Assembly: GCA_050084515.1 (NCBI GenBank)
Contig: CM114271.1
Span: 19,840,001-19,904,000 of the forward strand
Length of the DNA stretch: 64,000 nt
Origin: Blasia pusilla
Taxonomy: Eukaryota
Direction of reading: 5' to 3'
Part shown: one piece after another, positions 49,351 through 63,894 of the stretch
Numbering within the stretch: the stretch's first letter is position 1
How the letters are laid out: the number at the start of each line of letters is the position of its first letter
Translations under genes and position numbers: made by a program
The notes under the pieces: model-generated
Seen by the model: only the letters and a program-made list of their open reading frames with translations
Told to the model about the DNA's origin: nothing
The model's database searches: none

Positions 49351-52300
49351 TGGAAGAAGGCCACAAGAAAATATTTTTACGACCTCTACAAGTAGGGCTT
49401 AAATGTAATGCGTCGTAGGGATTGCATCATGTCGTTGTTTTGGATTCTGGATATGCATGCACTCCACATGGACCCGTATACACGTCTCACCTGGATGTGT
49501 CCATGCCAATAGGTCTGTTACGAAACATATTTTTCTATTCAGCTTTGTTCGTGTGACTTTCTATTATACCCGACCATCTTTGTGCAAGCTCTATGCCTCG
49601 CCCATGAGAATGCTGCAGAGATTTTATAGCGCCATCACTCTTTATGGTAATCTGAGTCATACAAAACATGTTCCATCAATACTACGTGTTTCAACCTATT
49701 TCGATTCAGTTTCAGCCCACTCCGAAACCCGTCGAGAATGTGCATGGAGCCATGCGCGATTTTTTTTCCATCTCCATTCCAAGTCTCTTCATTCTACTCT
49801 TGCCTTTGTACCTACTATATGTGTTAGTCTCCGACGCTTGTGCTTGAACCTGTCGGCTCGTGTCAATTATGTGCATTTTTGTTTTAGCACATTGTTGTGT
49901 TATCGGACTTCTTTCTAGAGGCTAACGTAGTGCTCATGCTTATTGCGGAAACATTCGCAGTGCTTGTGCTTACTCTCAGCTTGCCCACCCATTGTCGAGA
50001 CTCTTGGAATGACGGGATGACTCTTCACTAGCCACTCAAGTTATTTTGGATTTTAAGTTTCTCATTTCGTACCCTTTGTTTCCTATTCACTCAAGGACCA
50101 CGATTATTTGGTTCCCGCTTGATTTCTTCTTCATTGTTCCTTCGTTGTGCAGACTATTGTGGTGGTCGTGTTCATTCCTGCACCATCCCGTTTATGCATT
50201 TTTGCTTTACTAACTTGTTGTCTTCGTGGTAAGTGTACTGCCCCAGGGTTGCTTCCCTTCCATACGCCTTTATGTCTTTGAGGATCTTGGCCGATTCCAA
50301 TTATATCCCATACAAGTGCCTGCCATATTTAATCGATGGATTACACCAATGTACAATGCCTTGTGTCTTAAGTTCATGTGGCCTCTCAGAAGTAGAGCAT
50401 GAGTTCTTGTTTCATACAATCTTCTTTGATTGAAGCTTATTTCTCCTCCCTACTTGCCAAACGCCTCTGCCCAAACAGTTTGTGGTTCCTTAACCTCGTC
50501 CTCCTTGACCATTCTTTCTTCCTCTTTCATAGGTACTTCTCTCTTGCACCTCAATCAATGCGGTTTGTCTATCTACAACACATGCGCTCCATTTCCTACT
50601 TTAGTTTCTAGCTTTGTCATGACAACCACCTTCTTTACACTATGCGAAAAACTACCAAATTTCAATTGGACCGGGAGCAGCAACCATATGTCTATCAATT
50701 TTTTGACTTCACTTATTTAGCTCAAGAAAATTCCATCATCCAATCAACATTGAGTACCCAATGCCTCGTGCTTCGTCACCCACCCTCCTTGCCTCAGACC
50801 GTCCAGAGCATGCTTTCTCTCAAATTCAGATCCCCTCGGCCTAGGATTCATATGTCGATCCTACTTTGTGTCCCTTCATGATCCATCTACCTACCACAAA
50901 TATTGTCACATGGTTGCCAGAAGTTATGGAATTGACCGATAACCTCAAAGTTCCTCGTGGCTGGGTTCTCAATCATGCCATTTCCTTTGGATACTTACAA
51001 TTTTTGTGACCAAGAGTAATCTATATCCATCCATCCCATCATCAATTGACATTCAAGGTGCAAGTTCTCAACTTCAACTTCACTGTTGTAGTATGATGAT
51101 TCTAGAGTCAAGAAAGGAAATTCCAATCCAAAATAGTATCACTTTCGATGCTTTTTCCATGGTTGGAGAAAGGCTAAATGAGTGTAAAACCATGAGTTTC
51201 ACTATAGAAAGAAAACATCTCAAAGTTTGCACCACTTCTCTCTGATTTGTGTGCTCACTATTGGATCCACTCAAATTTGTGTCTCTTGCCATTGAGTATT
51301 TGCATCAGAGGTTCAAAACGTGGTCCCTTCGCAACAGATCTTTAAGGCAAATTGCACTACCAAGGGTACAATACTCAAACCTTCGAAGCCTTGTTCTTTA
51401 TGTTGAGATGCATGTCATGGGCAACCACTTGCTTTAATTGAATCCTTGATTTAAATACTATACTCCAATATATGCTCTCATGTCCATCTTCAATAGATGT
51501 ACTTTAATCTCATCCCTGTAACATATTTAAATAAGTGTTAACCTCAGCGTTAACGTTAACATGAAGATTGGACTGATACGAGTTGAACTACTATATTGGT
51601 AGCCACAATCAACTCACTCATCGTTGTGTAATAAATATCTTCAAAAGATTGTAATCATTTCAATACCAAATCTTTTTCTTCATTTGAATTGACGCAGGTC
51701 ACGGACTCACGGTTACTTGCAGTTCTAGAATACTTGTAGGTGTGTTTCTTATCTTTTGTGTATCATTCATCTTTGACTTTAGTGTTCTTCTATTTTGAGA
51801 GTTTGTTGTCTTGTGCATTATGCATAGAACGTGCCACAAAAACATCGTAGGCCATGCTATCCAAAGTAGTTGGTGGCATAAGAGAATTACTCTTAGCATT
51901 AGGCGTTCCAACATTTAGGTACATCGCACTGAGTACTTGTTAATTGACAGATCAAGCCAAGAAAAACTAGAAAGCCAATAGATATATTTTGATCTCATCC
52001 CTCCAACATAGTTAAACAAGTGCTAACCTTATGAATATCCTACTTCAACACACATATCTCTCCCTTACATTTCCACACCATACTTCTTGTGTCATATCAT
52101 AAGCCCAATACTGATCAAGCAAGTCTGAGTACCTTCTACCCAGAGTTGATGAGATAAGTTTACCGACTGCCCATCTGTGACCATTAATGTCAATCAACGC
52201 TCACTTGCTGCAAAACCAATCTTGATCAATATTGCTTATCTTCTGTGTATACACTTGGGTAGGTTCATAGTCACATGCACATCATTCTTTCATGAGATTG

Positions 52301-52899
52301 TAAAATAACACACCATGTACTACTATATATAGATAACTATAACCTTTTTCCATTATAGACAACATCTTTTGATGGTGGTATCCCATCCAATGTCAAGAAC
52401 TTGTTAATCAATTTTGACTTTTTGAAGACTACATCTACATCTAATATCATACTTAACACTCATCAATATTGGGAAAAAAAATATGTACTCACACCAAAGA
52501 AAACCGCAATCTTACTAAGTACACAATCCTATTCTGAGGTGCTCACTTCCTCTTCATGGATATCCTCATACTTATACACACACCTTACACTTTTGTGATG
52601 ATCCCATAACATTGAGAATAAAAAGTTCCATGCCGTCTATTTCTCCAAGAACTTCCATCCTACCCCAATCATAATAGTGCATATGTTGTAATACAAATGG
52701 TGAGGGGCCAATCACAGACGATTTTTTTTTTTATCTATAGCAAACAACTTCAACTTATATCATATATCAAATGCAGATCAGATAGTTTGCGTCAGTCATT
52801 AGCATTTAGCAAGAATCATCTAAGACTTTCTCATATTACGAGTCCAGCGTAGAGTTGCTTTACGTAGGGAACTTCAGTGCAAACCACATTCTTATGATT

Positions 52900-55800
52900 A
52901 GGCTTTTGCTAGCCATCATCTTTTTAAGTGGAAAACTATATGTGCAACCACAATAAGAAAACACATGCAATGATGTAGTTATTGTGGCACTACTCTTTAT
53001 AGTAATCCTTGTTCTAGAATGTGTACAATCTAGTTTGTAGTATACCCAACTTATGCATTATGCAATAGAATTTTGAAGGACTACATCATACCATATCCAA
53101 ACCACTTTCACATCTGTGATCACTACAGTTCAAAATAGCCCCGCGTTGGCCTTAACGTTTATATGATGTCTGCATATGTCAAGAAAATCCTTAGTTTCAA
53201 TCCCCTTGAGCTTCAACTTCTTTCTATTGTAGACTCTAGGACAAGAATTGAATCAAAATATAATGGGTTCCACAAAGGATTCTTTTGTGTATCCTCACTA
53301 TTAGACTCTCCTTTGATTCAATTTAACAATGGGCCTTCAGAACGTGTATTAAATTCATTTATCCTAGATTCCATCAAGAAAATATTTCCAATAAATCTTT
53401 TGATAAATATGCTCTACACTGATTACAACATCCTTATAGAATTACCAGAACTCTCATCTGGCCTAGTTCTTTTTCCATCTATAGCAATTGAAAAAAATAC
53501 TCAAACAATCTAAGGAAAAAGGTTAGGTTACCTATAGCATGAGCTATGACCCATACCATCCTGAATTAAATATGTTACAAGATGTAGCTTACTCACTTCT
53601 TGTTCATAAACGTTCTTCAACCGCTCTCTTTGATAATGGTAGCCTTTACCTACGACAAAATTCATATACAAGAGAAAGTCTTATGGTAGATATTACAGGC
53701 AACTCCTTGGACCATCATCTCACAATAGAGACATGTTTTTTTCCATTTTTATTCCCATAGCTACATGGATATTTTGCAGGACACTCCTCGTTTGCAGATT
53801 ATATGCGCAACCGCTCAAGACAGTTGTTTAGTGTATTTTTTGTCCATAAGCCTTACTCACTTTTGGTGCATCAACTAAGGCAATCAATAGCCTATGTTCA
53901 AGTAGTAGAACTTTCATACTTACTCGAGAATCAGATAAGATCAAAAAAGATAAACCACATTTTCAGGAGGAAGAATTGTATTGTATTCCCACTTATCTAA
54001 GTATTCAATCGACCTGCAACTTATTGGAAGTCTCACTTGGTATCTTCGTCATGTGAAGGACTTGAAGGCCATGGCACACAAATGGGATAGGCCTTTTTTT
54101 TTCATGACCTTCACATGTGATGAAGTCTCGCCAACAAGGTGGCCTAAACTTGAAGATATTGAAGTCCTCTTGAAAAAATTCAACCCTACATTTTCTTGGC
54201 GTGATGCTCCACCTAAGTGTGCACAACTCTTTCATTCAAGATTGCATTATTTTCTATAATTAATTCATCCTAGGTGGACTCAATGTACTTGGTAAAGTTC
54301 TTAACTATTTTATTAAGATATGAGTTGCATGGTAGGGATAGCCTTCAATGTCACATGGTACTTTGGGTAGACACATCCACCCCAGACAGAGTTATATCAG
54401 AAATGTTCACATACATTCCCTCTACTCTAGACACATCTATCTATCCTACCCTTAAACAAATTTTGCCTCTGCTGATAATATGTTGTTATAGTATGTAGTG
54501 ACAAAAGCAATTGCATAAGTGTAGGGAAGGTGTATATCTTATTAGGAAAATGAATCAGAAACCTTGTTGCATGCTAGGCTTCCCTGCCCCTCCCAATCTC
54601 AATGTAGCACCTTACGTTGATCCTAACACTATGAGGTGCACTTACTTCCGGCCTTCAATAGAGCATTGTAACGTCATACCATACCACCTACGTTTGTTAC
54701 TTATGTAGGGAGCTCACATGAATATATGACGTGTTGCTAGCATTGATTGGTCATTCTATTTATTAAAGTATGCATTAAAATTTGAACCAGCAGACTCACT
54801 AGATATTGATACGTAGACTGCAAAATGCCTAAGCCTTGGTGGAGTTGATGAAGTTAAGCTAAAACTAATATTTGGTGTACGTCAATTCCTTGTATTCACC
54901 CTATTATTTTATACTCAATCAAACCAACTAATGTAGAGAATGTTACTTTCATTTAGTATTGGTCTGCCTATGAGTTACACAAAGCTTATTCGAAGAAAAA
55001 TAGTGTTGTTGTTGGTCTAGAAAATTTAGGTAATGTAGATAAAATAGTAGGTAAGAGTTCTTTGCTTTACTAAATTTCATCCTCTCCACCAATGGATAGA
55101 GTCCTTTTATACAACTCTTTTGCATCACATTCAATTTAGATATGAAAGTGAACTTCTATCTTCTTCTCATCCCAACTGGATTTACTTGCATGAATGTATG
55201 CATAGGAAAATTATAGTCAATATTGAGGATGCACATAACTTAGTCAAAAGTCAATCCATAAAAAATCTCTAGGGTCAATTCCATGTCGCAGAGATTCTTG
55301 TGGAAGTAATTGATATATTACAACCTAAGCTAGACATAGATATTTCTCAGATGATAACTCAAGCATCATCAATAACTTTTTGTTCATCTCAAGTAGAATA
55401 CACTCAAGCTGAAGAACCAGATTTGCAATCCTTGAATGATAAATAGTTGCAACTTTTTTCCCAGCTGAAAACCTTACGTTTTGGTCTAGTACTCCTTAAG
55501 GGTTCTCTTGGTTGTGGAAAGACTTTCTTCATCAAGTTAATGTGTAGATATTGGAAAGCCTCTGGTATGTGTCCATTGCTAACTGCCACAACAGATATTG
55601 CCGTTCTTAGACTCCATTATGAAGCCACCACTCTCCATTATGCTTTTGCAATACCAATTAGAGGTAACTTATGCAACATGCATGCTGCTTTTGATAACTA
55701 CATCAGAGTGAGATCTTCGCAAGTAGTTGTTATAGATAAATCTTCTATGCTTACTACAAAACTTCTGCAGATTGTAGCAATGCGGGTTATAAAGCTTGCC

Positions 55801-57080
55801 ATGAGAAACATCTTACTCCATTTGTAGCTAAACTAGTTATGCTAGTGGGAGACTTTTTTCAGATACCACCCATTTGTAACCATGGGTCTACTCCTTTCTG
55901 TACTACTTGCCACATAACTTCATCTATATTCTTGCACAATATTACAAATTTTGAGTTGATTATACCCATGAGGTATAGTGACGATCCTCATTATCTTGCA
56001 ATCTTGAACTGTGGAAGAACAAGAGTATCTACCTCTAAAAAAATACAACATTGCCATTATGAATGTTTTGTCTTTGAGGATGAGGCTATTTTTGGATTCT
56101 CAACATTGACTTCTCTGAGCACCATTAATCTGATCGGCCCCCTTGTATGATGAGAAGCATAGATTGATGGTTCTGACTTAGACGTCGAAGGATTCATAGT
56201 AATATGATGTAGGTGGTTTATGGGGTAACGTTACTAGGATTATCTAATCATAACAAAAAAATTTTATAAATAGAAAACCAAGAAAAGTAGGTAAAAAACC
56301 CTAGTTTCTCGAGTTGTGAAATAATCGAGAGCCGCAACGATAATGCATTCTCGTATGTCGAGTTATCTCCATGTTCAGGTTCCATCGAAGCTCTTTTGTG
56401 AGCGCACGGACGGACTAGGCCACTTTGTATCTCCAAGTTTTATAATACATTTCAGTCATTTGTCATATTTTGTTTTCTCACAGCTGTAGATTTTATCCAT
56501 TCTCACACAACGATAATGTGAACATCTTTAATCTAGTAGGTTTTAAGAGATTTTTTTGTGATACATCTATTGTATCAATAAATATCATGTCAGATACTTC
56601 TAACACACCTTAGTTTTCTTCTTGGTTAAATGATACAATTTCCATCAACTACCATTTGCTCCAATTAACTATATTGTTATGCTTACATATAATATCAACT
56701 TAAAAATCGAGGCAGCAAATGGATCCTTAGCTAAGGTTACTGAATTTATACATACTGAAGGCCATATTATCAATATTGTTGTTACTATCCTTTCCAGCGA
56801 TAAGTCTGTTCAAATTGGTAGATCAAAGTTTGAACCTCTTTGGTATGAGTCAAACCATATATCTGTTAAGAAGACTTTTCCACTTGTGCTTGGATATGCT
56901 ATGACTCGTCATAAGAGTCAGGGCTCCACAACTAGCGGTCATTGTCTTTTAGTAATCAGATTTTTCTTTGCAGTAGGCCTCCTTTATAGTATCTTGTCCC
57001 ATATAAAAAACAGAAATCAGTTAAAGATATTTGGCGTATTACAAACTAAAGACTTTCAAGTGTTTAGGATTTTGTCCTAA
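52900..57080 (+). mobile_element. Second, divergent rolling-circle element (Helentron/Helitron2-like Rep + PIF1 helicase pseudogene); the full element may span about 49.4-60.1 kb
   Basis: Rep motifs are ETCFFPFLFP, IGSLTWY..VKDLKAM...PFFFMTFTCDE...RWPKL, RYELHGRDSLQCHMVLW (degenerate HUH) and FYLLKYALK (Y2, about 54755-54780). Helicase motifs are GSLGCGKTF, IDKSSM, LVGDFFQIPP, LTYNI...NGSLAKV and FPLVLGYAMTRHKSQGST. Confidence 0.82.
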
Positions 57081-60000
57081 GTTCTGTATACTACTTTTAT
57101 TGGATTTTCTTCCATGTTGAAGAACATGGCATCTCACGGAAATTCAAAACGCAGTCGTTTAGGGAGGTCTTCAAATGCCAACCATATATCATGGACTCAA
57201 CATTTCGTAGATTGCATAGTCTCTACCAACAAATGATAAAGACTCATCTCCACTTGAATTCAGCCTTGACAGGCACTTTGCTACAATTCAGCAAGAATCT
57301 CATGTTCCAAATGAGGTTTGCTTCTATCTACATTTTTTTTTCATAACCAATTCCCGACCCTCAATCTTCTCCTACTCTTAACATCTTGTTTTTAGGTTCT
57401 TGTGAACTATATGGACTTTTCGAACATGATCTTAAACGACATAAAGAGCCACCAAGTGGAGACTAGGCCACAATTTACATCACCAATAGAGAATCGAATG
57501 AAATACTTAGATAATCTATGTGTTATGCTTGCATTTTGGAAATAGGGAGTCATTGGTTGGAAAATCCAGATCCTCATTGGCCAAGGTCAAGTTTGGGACT
57601 CAAAATCTTGTCGTATCCATAAAGATGGTCTTGCTTTAGGCAAGTACATCTTTAATTTCCAACTTCTCTATGTTTTAGATTATGTATTTTCATGATCATG
57701 AGATTGCTCTATTATTAACTCTATTCACTGTGTCATGTTCATGAATCCAAAAGGAGGCATTACGATTCAAGAATTTTGATTTTAAGGAAGCATCTCTAAC
57801 AAGAAAAGTTGCAACCCACTTGTTCAATCTCATATTAGGCGGCACACGTCTAGATCAACTTCGGTTGCTTAGACATGAGATGCATTTGCCTCTAACCATG
57901 CTTTTGGACCTATCATTTGCTAAAGCCACTCATCTCATTGAACAAATGAAGGTAGCTCGTGCTGATGGTCAACTGCCAGAGTTTGTATCCTTGGCAATAG
58001 ATCTGGATGATACTCAACAAGTCCCTTTGTTTCCAGATTTTGACGATGTAATCATCATTTCCTCTACTCCTTCTCAAGCCAATGCACAACCTAGTGTATC
58101 TAGTATTAACCAGAATTAATTTTATTCCCATTCCCATGTCTCATCCTCCCCAAATGCTTAGGCCATCACATGACTCTTATGAATCAAATCTGCTTGTGAC
58201 ATCTCCAAACAAACACAAGTGGGCATGATCTGACCATATCCACTCTTAGTACACACCTTACCTACTCCATTATTTATTTATTTATAGTTTTCCTTTGGTT
58301 TTTTCTTCATCTTCTCACATTTCTTTATTGTGCAATTGTTGCAGGGAACTCGTACATTGTGCACTCAAAATCTCCATTGTTCAGCAGAATTTTCTTGTCT
58401 TTTTTGTTTTCGATTAGCATTTAGCTATCGCACAGACTTCATTTTCATCAACTCTTATTATTAGCCATCTAAGACTATTCTCGTCTCATGCATTCTATTG
58501 ACGTTTGAGATGCATTCATGAGAAGTTTTGAAAATCTTGAACTATTGTCTTTTTTTTTCAAATGAGAGTTCTACTTGTTTTAAACCCTATACCTACATAG
58601 TGTATGTTCTTCATTTTTCTCATTCCTGAATTCCATTAAGAACATACACTGTTATCAATGCTTCAGATGTCTTTGTAATGTTCTACATCTATCAGATGCA
58701 TGTGATGTTAACTTTCATTAATATATTAGGCTGATTCTTACTTACATTCACAAGAGTTCTCTTGGCAATCAAATTTTGCAAGAATGCCCTTCTCTGTTTT
58801 TTCTGTTCTCATTTCTTTGTCTTTTATCTCTGCTATTCATGTAATTTGTGTATACTACATTCTAAAGAATTGTTGACCAAACCTTTTGTTTGTATCTCTG
58901 TGAATTGCAGACTTCTCGCTCTCGTTGTCCTTCAAGCCGTAGATCATTCCATCAATCATTTCCCTCACATGCATGACGCTCGCCTAGACCACCACAACAA
59001 CCTGACTTTGATGATGTTCAAGGGCATAACAGACAGAATACTCAACATGGTAGTCCAAATAATCATGATAATGATGTCAATCCTCATTATCATCTTACCG
59101 ATGCATAATATCGTCTCCATACATTGCAAATTGAAGTTCATAAACTAAATCAGTTATTGAGCTCAACAATTAAGGACAACTAGGAACAAATTCAAGAAGT
59201 TCTTGCTCTAAAGGACCATTTGAAGCAAGCAAGAGAGCACTTGTCTCATTTTACCAGGGATGTTCAAGCCCATATTGCAAATGATTCGAAACTCTCTCTT
59301 CACTTGCAAATAATTCAGTCTATGCTCAAAGACTATAGGGGTTAAAATGCCAACAGTTTCACCATTACATTGTCCACATGTGGTCTCTACGATATACTAC
59401 CCGGTCCAATGTATCCTCACCATCACTTTTCAATAACTATTGCACACCTTGCAATGCATTTGTTCCTTTATCAACATTCTTCTCTCAATGATTTTTGGAA
59501 TCCCATCATGCTTGTCACTTTCCACATTTATCACTCTCTTCTAGCAATTATTTTCTCATGTTTGTCACATTCTTCATTCTTTGCATTCATTTCCTTCAGT
59601 GATTACTTTAGCCTAGTCTCTTCTCTTGTGCAAATAATGTGTTTTCAAGTCATTTGTGATAACTTCCGCAGATTACTTTCAATATCTACTATTATGGAAT
59701 CTCATTAACATCTCATAAGCACAATCCTCCCATTATCAATACCATCCCATCATCCTTGGACCAATTACACTACAAGGTTCTAAAGGAAAAATTTATTGTA
59801 CTCCGATTTTTGGGTGCAATTCTCTCCACGCCACTAGGACTACAACTCAATCGACTAAATGTAGGCCCATTTTGTACTTTTCGTGTAACATCCACACAAC
59901 CCATGTCCCCATCCTTTCCTTTTTTGCATCACACATTCTTTCAATCATCCCATACAAAGAGTCTTCAAGCACTCCAACCTCATCGTATTTTACTTGTACT

Positions 60001-60414
60001 TCTATACCTCCAATTCTCCTCATTTCTTCCTTCATTTACGTGACGATTCAAAAACTTTTACCACCACTATGCTAACCAACCTAAGTCTAATTATAACAAA
60101 AGAATCATCATCATATAATAACTACATAGGCCGCATACTTATTGTGCCACGAGGCAAAACCAAGTTTTGACCGCAGAGAACACGGTGCCACACTTTGAGG
60201 ATGTTGGGTTAAAAATTAGCCAGCTACGATTTTCCTCGCAAGGGGAGGTTTGTTCCGGAACACATGTTGGGTCGTAACTGATTTGGAAGCCCCGTTCCTT
60301 CTTCCCACATACCGTCAACCGACCAATATACTCACTTGTCAAACAAAGCGAAAACGGCGATTTACGACAGACTCCAGCTCCGTCCGTCTTCATGGTTTTC
60401 GACGGAAAGAGCGA

Positions 60415-60423
60415 AAACCCTAA
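60415..60423 (+). promoter_or_regulatory. Telo-box (AAACCCTAA) upstream of the P5A-ATPase gene
   Basis: Exact motif about 450 bp 5' of the ATG, followed by a CT-rich patch. A reverse-strand telo-box also lies at 44766-44774, upstream of HflX. Confidence 0.3.
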
Positions 60424-60866
60424 AACGACGGAAAGATCCCATTGACATCGAGTATCTCTCATTAATTCGTTTCTGTTCACTTCCTCTCGACTTGTCCTCC
60501 CTCTCCCCACTCTGCTTCTCTTTCCTCTCCGCTCCTCTCTCTGCCTTTGTCTGTCTCTCCCTCTCCCTCCGACATCGGCAGGTCAGGGCGGAGCCATCTG
60601 CAACCGCAAGAGAATGCAGAAGGAAAATACAGATTAGGTTCGTGGCGATCGCGGGAAGGTGATGTCGGAGTCCAGGGCTCGCGATCGGAGCTGAAGAAGC
60701 GAGGTGGATGGGATGCGAGGTTGAGTAGCGGATTGCTGAGCGATGGAGATTTGGCTTTTGATGAGGCTATGTAGGACTGCCGGCCACGGAGGCTGAGACT
60801 GGAATCGACAGGCACTCGGGAGCGGAGTTTTGCGCTAATTAGAAGGTTTTGTCAGCGAATTGGAGC

Positions 60867-63800
60867 ATGATGGGTATACCCGTGGATAGTAAGGTAGTGA
60901 AGTTGGTGGAGCTGTACAAATGGAGAGCTGTGCCGTGGCGATTGGACATGTGGCCGTTTGCAGGGATGTATATTGCCTGGTTAGGCATGGCTACCGCACA
61001 CCTGGATCCCGCAGATGCAGGCATTTTGCTCGGATGTCTGGTGCTTCTCCACATTCTCACCTTCCTGTTCACTGCCTGGTCCGTCGATTTTCGCTGCTTA
61101 ATGCATGCAATCAAGGTAATATTCAGCTCTTTCACTCTCTTACAATCTTGCCGATCAGCTGGAATTGTGATTTTTCCGGAGCCAGATCGAACGAAATTTG
61201 GTCTATGTTGAGATTTAGCTCGTTCGGCCGCCATCTGATGTCTCGACTTCCAGAGAATAGCAGGGAAAGTGGTGAATTTGTAGCTGGTTATAGTTTGGCG
61301 ATTCAGGCCAATGGTCTTACCTGCAGATACATCTCGGACGATCGTCGGTTTCTGCAGGTAAAGGATGTTCACGAAGCTGACGTATGTAAGGTTATACCGG
61401 CAAAGTTTTCGGGAGGCAAGGAGGTTGTGCCATTGCATCTGAGAAAAATTGTGAGTATGAAACTATAAGTTGTGACTCCTGCTTTACTTCCGTCCAGGTG
61501 CTTCATGTATGTTCGTCCTTCCAGTCACCCATGGTAGACCATACTCGGACCGGAACTCTTTGACAGTAGTTTGGGAACGATTGGGACGCTATTAGGTAGT
61601 CCTTGGCGTGTGCTGCTGCTGCCAGTCATATTTTGTGAAATAGAGGACAATCCCATCATTTCTTAGTTGCTTTCAGGTTTCTGGCTGAGAGCCTCGGTTG
61701 CTAATATTATGCCTCTCAGTTTGTTGAGAACGACTGTGAGACAGTTACTGCAGTCTGAGCAGCGAAGTCTTCTATGTTTTTTCCTTCCATTTACAGGCGT
61801 ATCAAATTTGGACCGTAACAGCAGTCTAGTTAGGTTTTAGGACGTTCTGATTTGTGTGACTGAGTCATCAGCTCGTCAAGCCATTTCTTAAGATTCCCGA
61901 CCAGAAAAATTCATAGTGAAGCCCTTGATGAAGTATTTATGTCCAGTCAATGCTTTTAGTCATTTTGTCCACAAAGCTTGGAGTAGTTAAACAGTATGCA
62001 TCAATGGGCATGTTCATGTGGATGGGCAGCCAAAGAGAGAAATGCTATGGCCCCGAGACACTTCTTTGTGGTGAGTCAAATGGATATGTGGAGCCTAGAA
62101 GTACCATGATTGTATCCACCAGTAGTTTTGATTGATGCCACTTTCTGCTTGTACTTGAGTGTTCAAACCTCAAGGTGGCTACAAACATCTGTGATTTGTA
62201 ACCAAGTGGGTGCTTGCGTTTTGGTTAATTGCCTATGTGCATTTGATAATTAATTGTGGAGTTGTATTTCTGCAGCGGATTTGGCCTTGCGTATTATTCG
62301 AGAATTTTGATCGGTCTGTTTTTTCTCTCCAACGAACTGCTCCTTTTATTGCTAATAATTTGACTCTTGAGCTAAGACCTTTCTTTCCTTGGTTTCAGTT
62401 GCCAGGGGAGAAGCAGAATGGATCTCGAGAGGTTTCCCTTTTGATGACTAAGCAACTGGCAGGACCATCCAACTCCTCAGGTTCCTCTGGTGATGAGATT
62501 GGCTTTGAATTCCGGAAGCAACAGTTCATCTTTTCCGAAGAGGAGAGAAAATTCTCAAAACTCGGTTATCCATCAAAAGAATTGTTCGGAACTTACAGCA
62601 AGTTCACCGGTCATGGATCAGAATCGAAAGCCCAAGTTGCTATGGAGAAATGGGGTAGAAACTTGTATGTCAGAACTTTCAAAATCTTTTTTTGCCACAC
62701 TCATCCTGCCTATAGTGCTTTGGGCTCTGCTGCCAAAGCTGTTATACAATGCTGTAGCAAATCACCTGTCATGTTTGGATTGAACATTGAGATTGCAAGA
62801 GTGTCAGATATGTGCGCTTAACTCTTGCTCGGAAATGTAAAAAGTCAAATTGAGGTTTGTAATTCATCTTTGTTAGCCTTGATCACAGCTTTGCCTTTGT
62901 CCATGTTCAATAAGTGAGCATTATTGATCTCTTAAGTTTTGTGTTGGTCCTCTGCAGATTTGAGTTTCCTCAACCAACCTTTGGAAATCTTATGAAAGAG
63001 CACTGCATGGAGCCATTTTTTGTATTCCAGGTCGGATTCAGTACTCAGTGGAACAGAAATTGAGTTGAAAATCTGGAGTTTCGCTGTAGACTTCCTCATA
63101 CCTGGATCCTAGCTTTCTGCTCTTGGCGTGTCCTTTTCCCCTTGTCCAGACAGAAGTAGGTTCATAATGCTTAGGTGAAGTATGCTCTTTAATACAATCG
63201 TGATTGCTCCAGATATGGTATCAGTCTCTCTAATTATAGCTGGATGCAGTGCAGGTATTTTGTGTTGGGCTGTGGTGTCTTGATGACTACTGGTACTACA
63301 GTGTGTTCACCCTCATCATGCTAGTGTTGTTCGAGTCAACTGTAGTTAAGAGTCGCTTGAGGACTTTACAAGATTTAAGACGAGTGCGAGTGGATAGCCA
63401 GACATTGATGGTCCATCGGGGAGGAAAGTAATTATTCTACCCATCTTATGAACTTCACTGACCCTATTCACTTTCTCTGTAGTAAATAGTTTGTATTGAT
63501 GTTCATTGCAGAAAATATACTGCACTAGCAATTGGGTGGCAGCTTGTAGATGCAGTGGAAATATTAAATTCCATTTCATGAAGGATGATTCTTGTGTTGA
63601 GTGATTGGAACATGGATATGATTCAGTTACTTAATGATGCACTCATGGCTGTCTGTGCTTTTAGGATTGCCAATGTGAGGTGATATGTTGTCTAAAACAG
63701 TAGTATGTGTTTTTTGGCCCAGGTGGGTCAAGTTGTCTGGAATGGATCTGTTACCAGGGGACTTAGTTTCAATTGGTCGCCCAACTGGTCCGGGAAGCGA

Positions 63801-63894
63801 AGAGAGGACTGTCCCTGCAGATATGTTACTGGTTGCTGGTAGTGCAATTGCAAATGAAGCACTCCTCACTGGAGAGTCTACTCCACAATGGAAA
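60867..63894 (+). CDS. PDR2: P5A-type ATPase (PDR2/MIA/ATP13A1/Spf1-like), 5' portion; the gene continues beyond the window. Exons 60867-61115, 61358-61450, 62399-62664, 62958-63030, 63255-63427, 63723-63894
   Basis: Peptides include [105 protein letters not shown] and NEALLTGESTPQWK (A-domain TGES). The GT-AG introns are in phase. Confidence 0.93.

Noticed and set aside
60839..61438. 199-aa minus-strand ORF
   Set aside because: It is antisense to PDR2 exons 1-2 and has no independent support.
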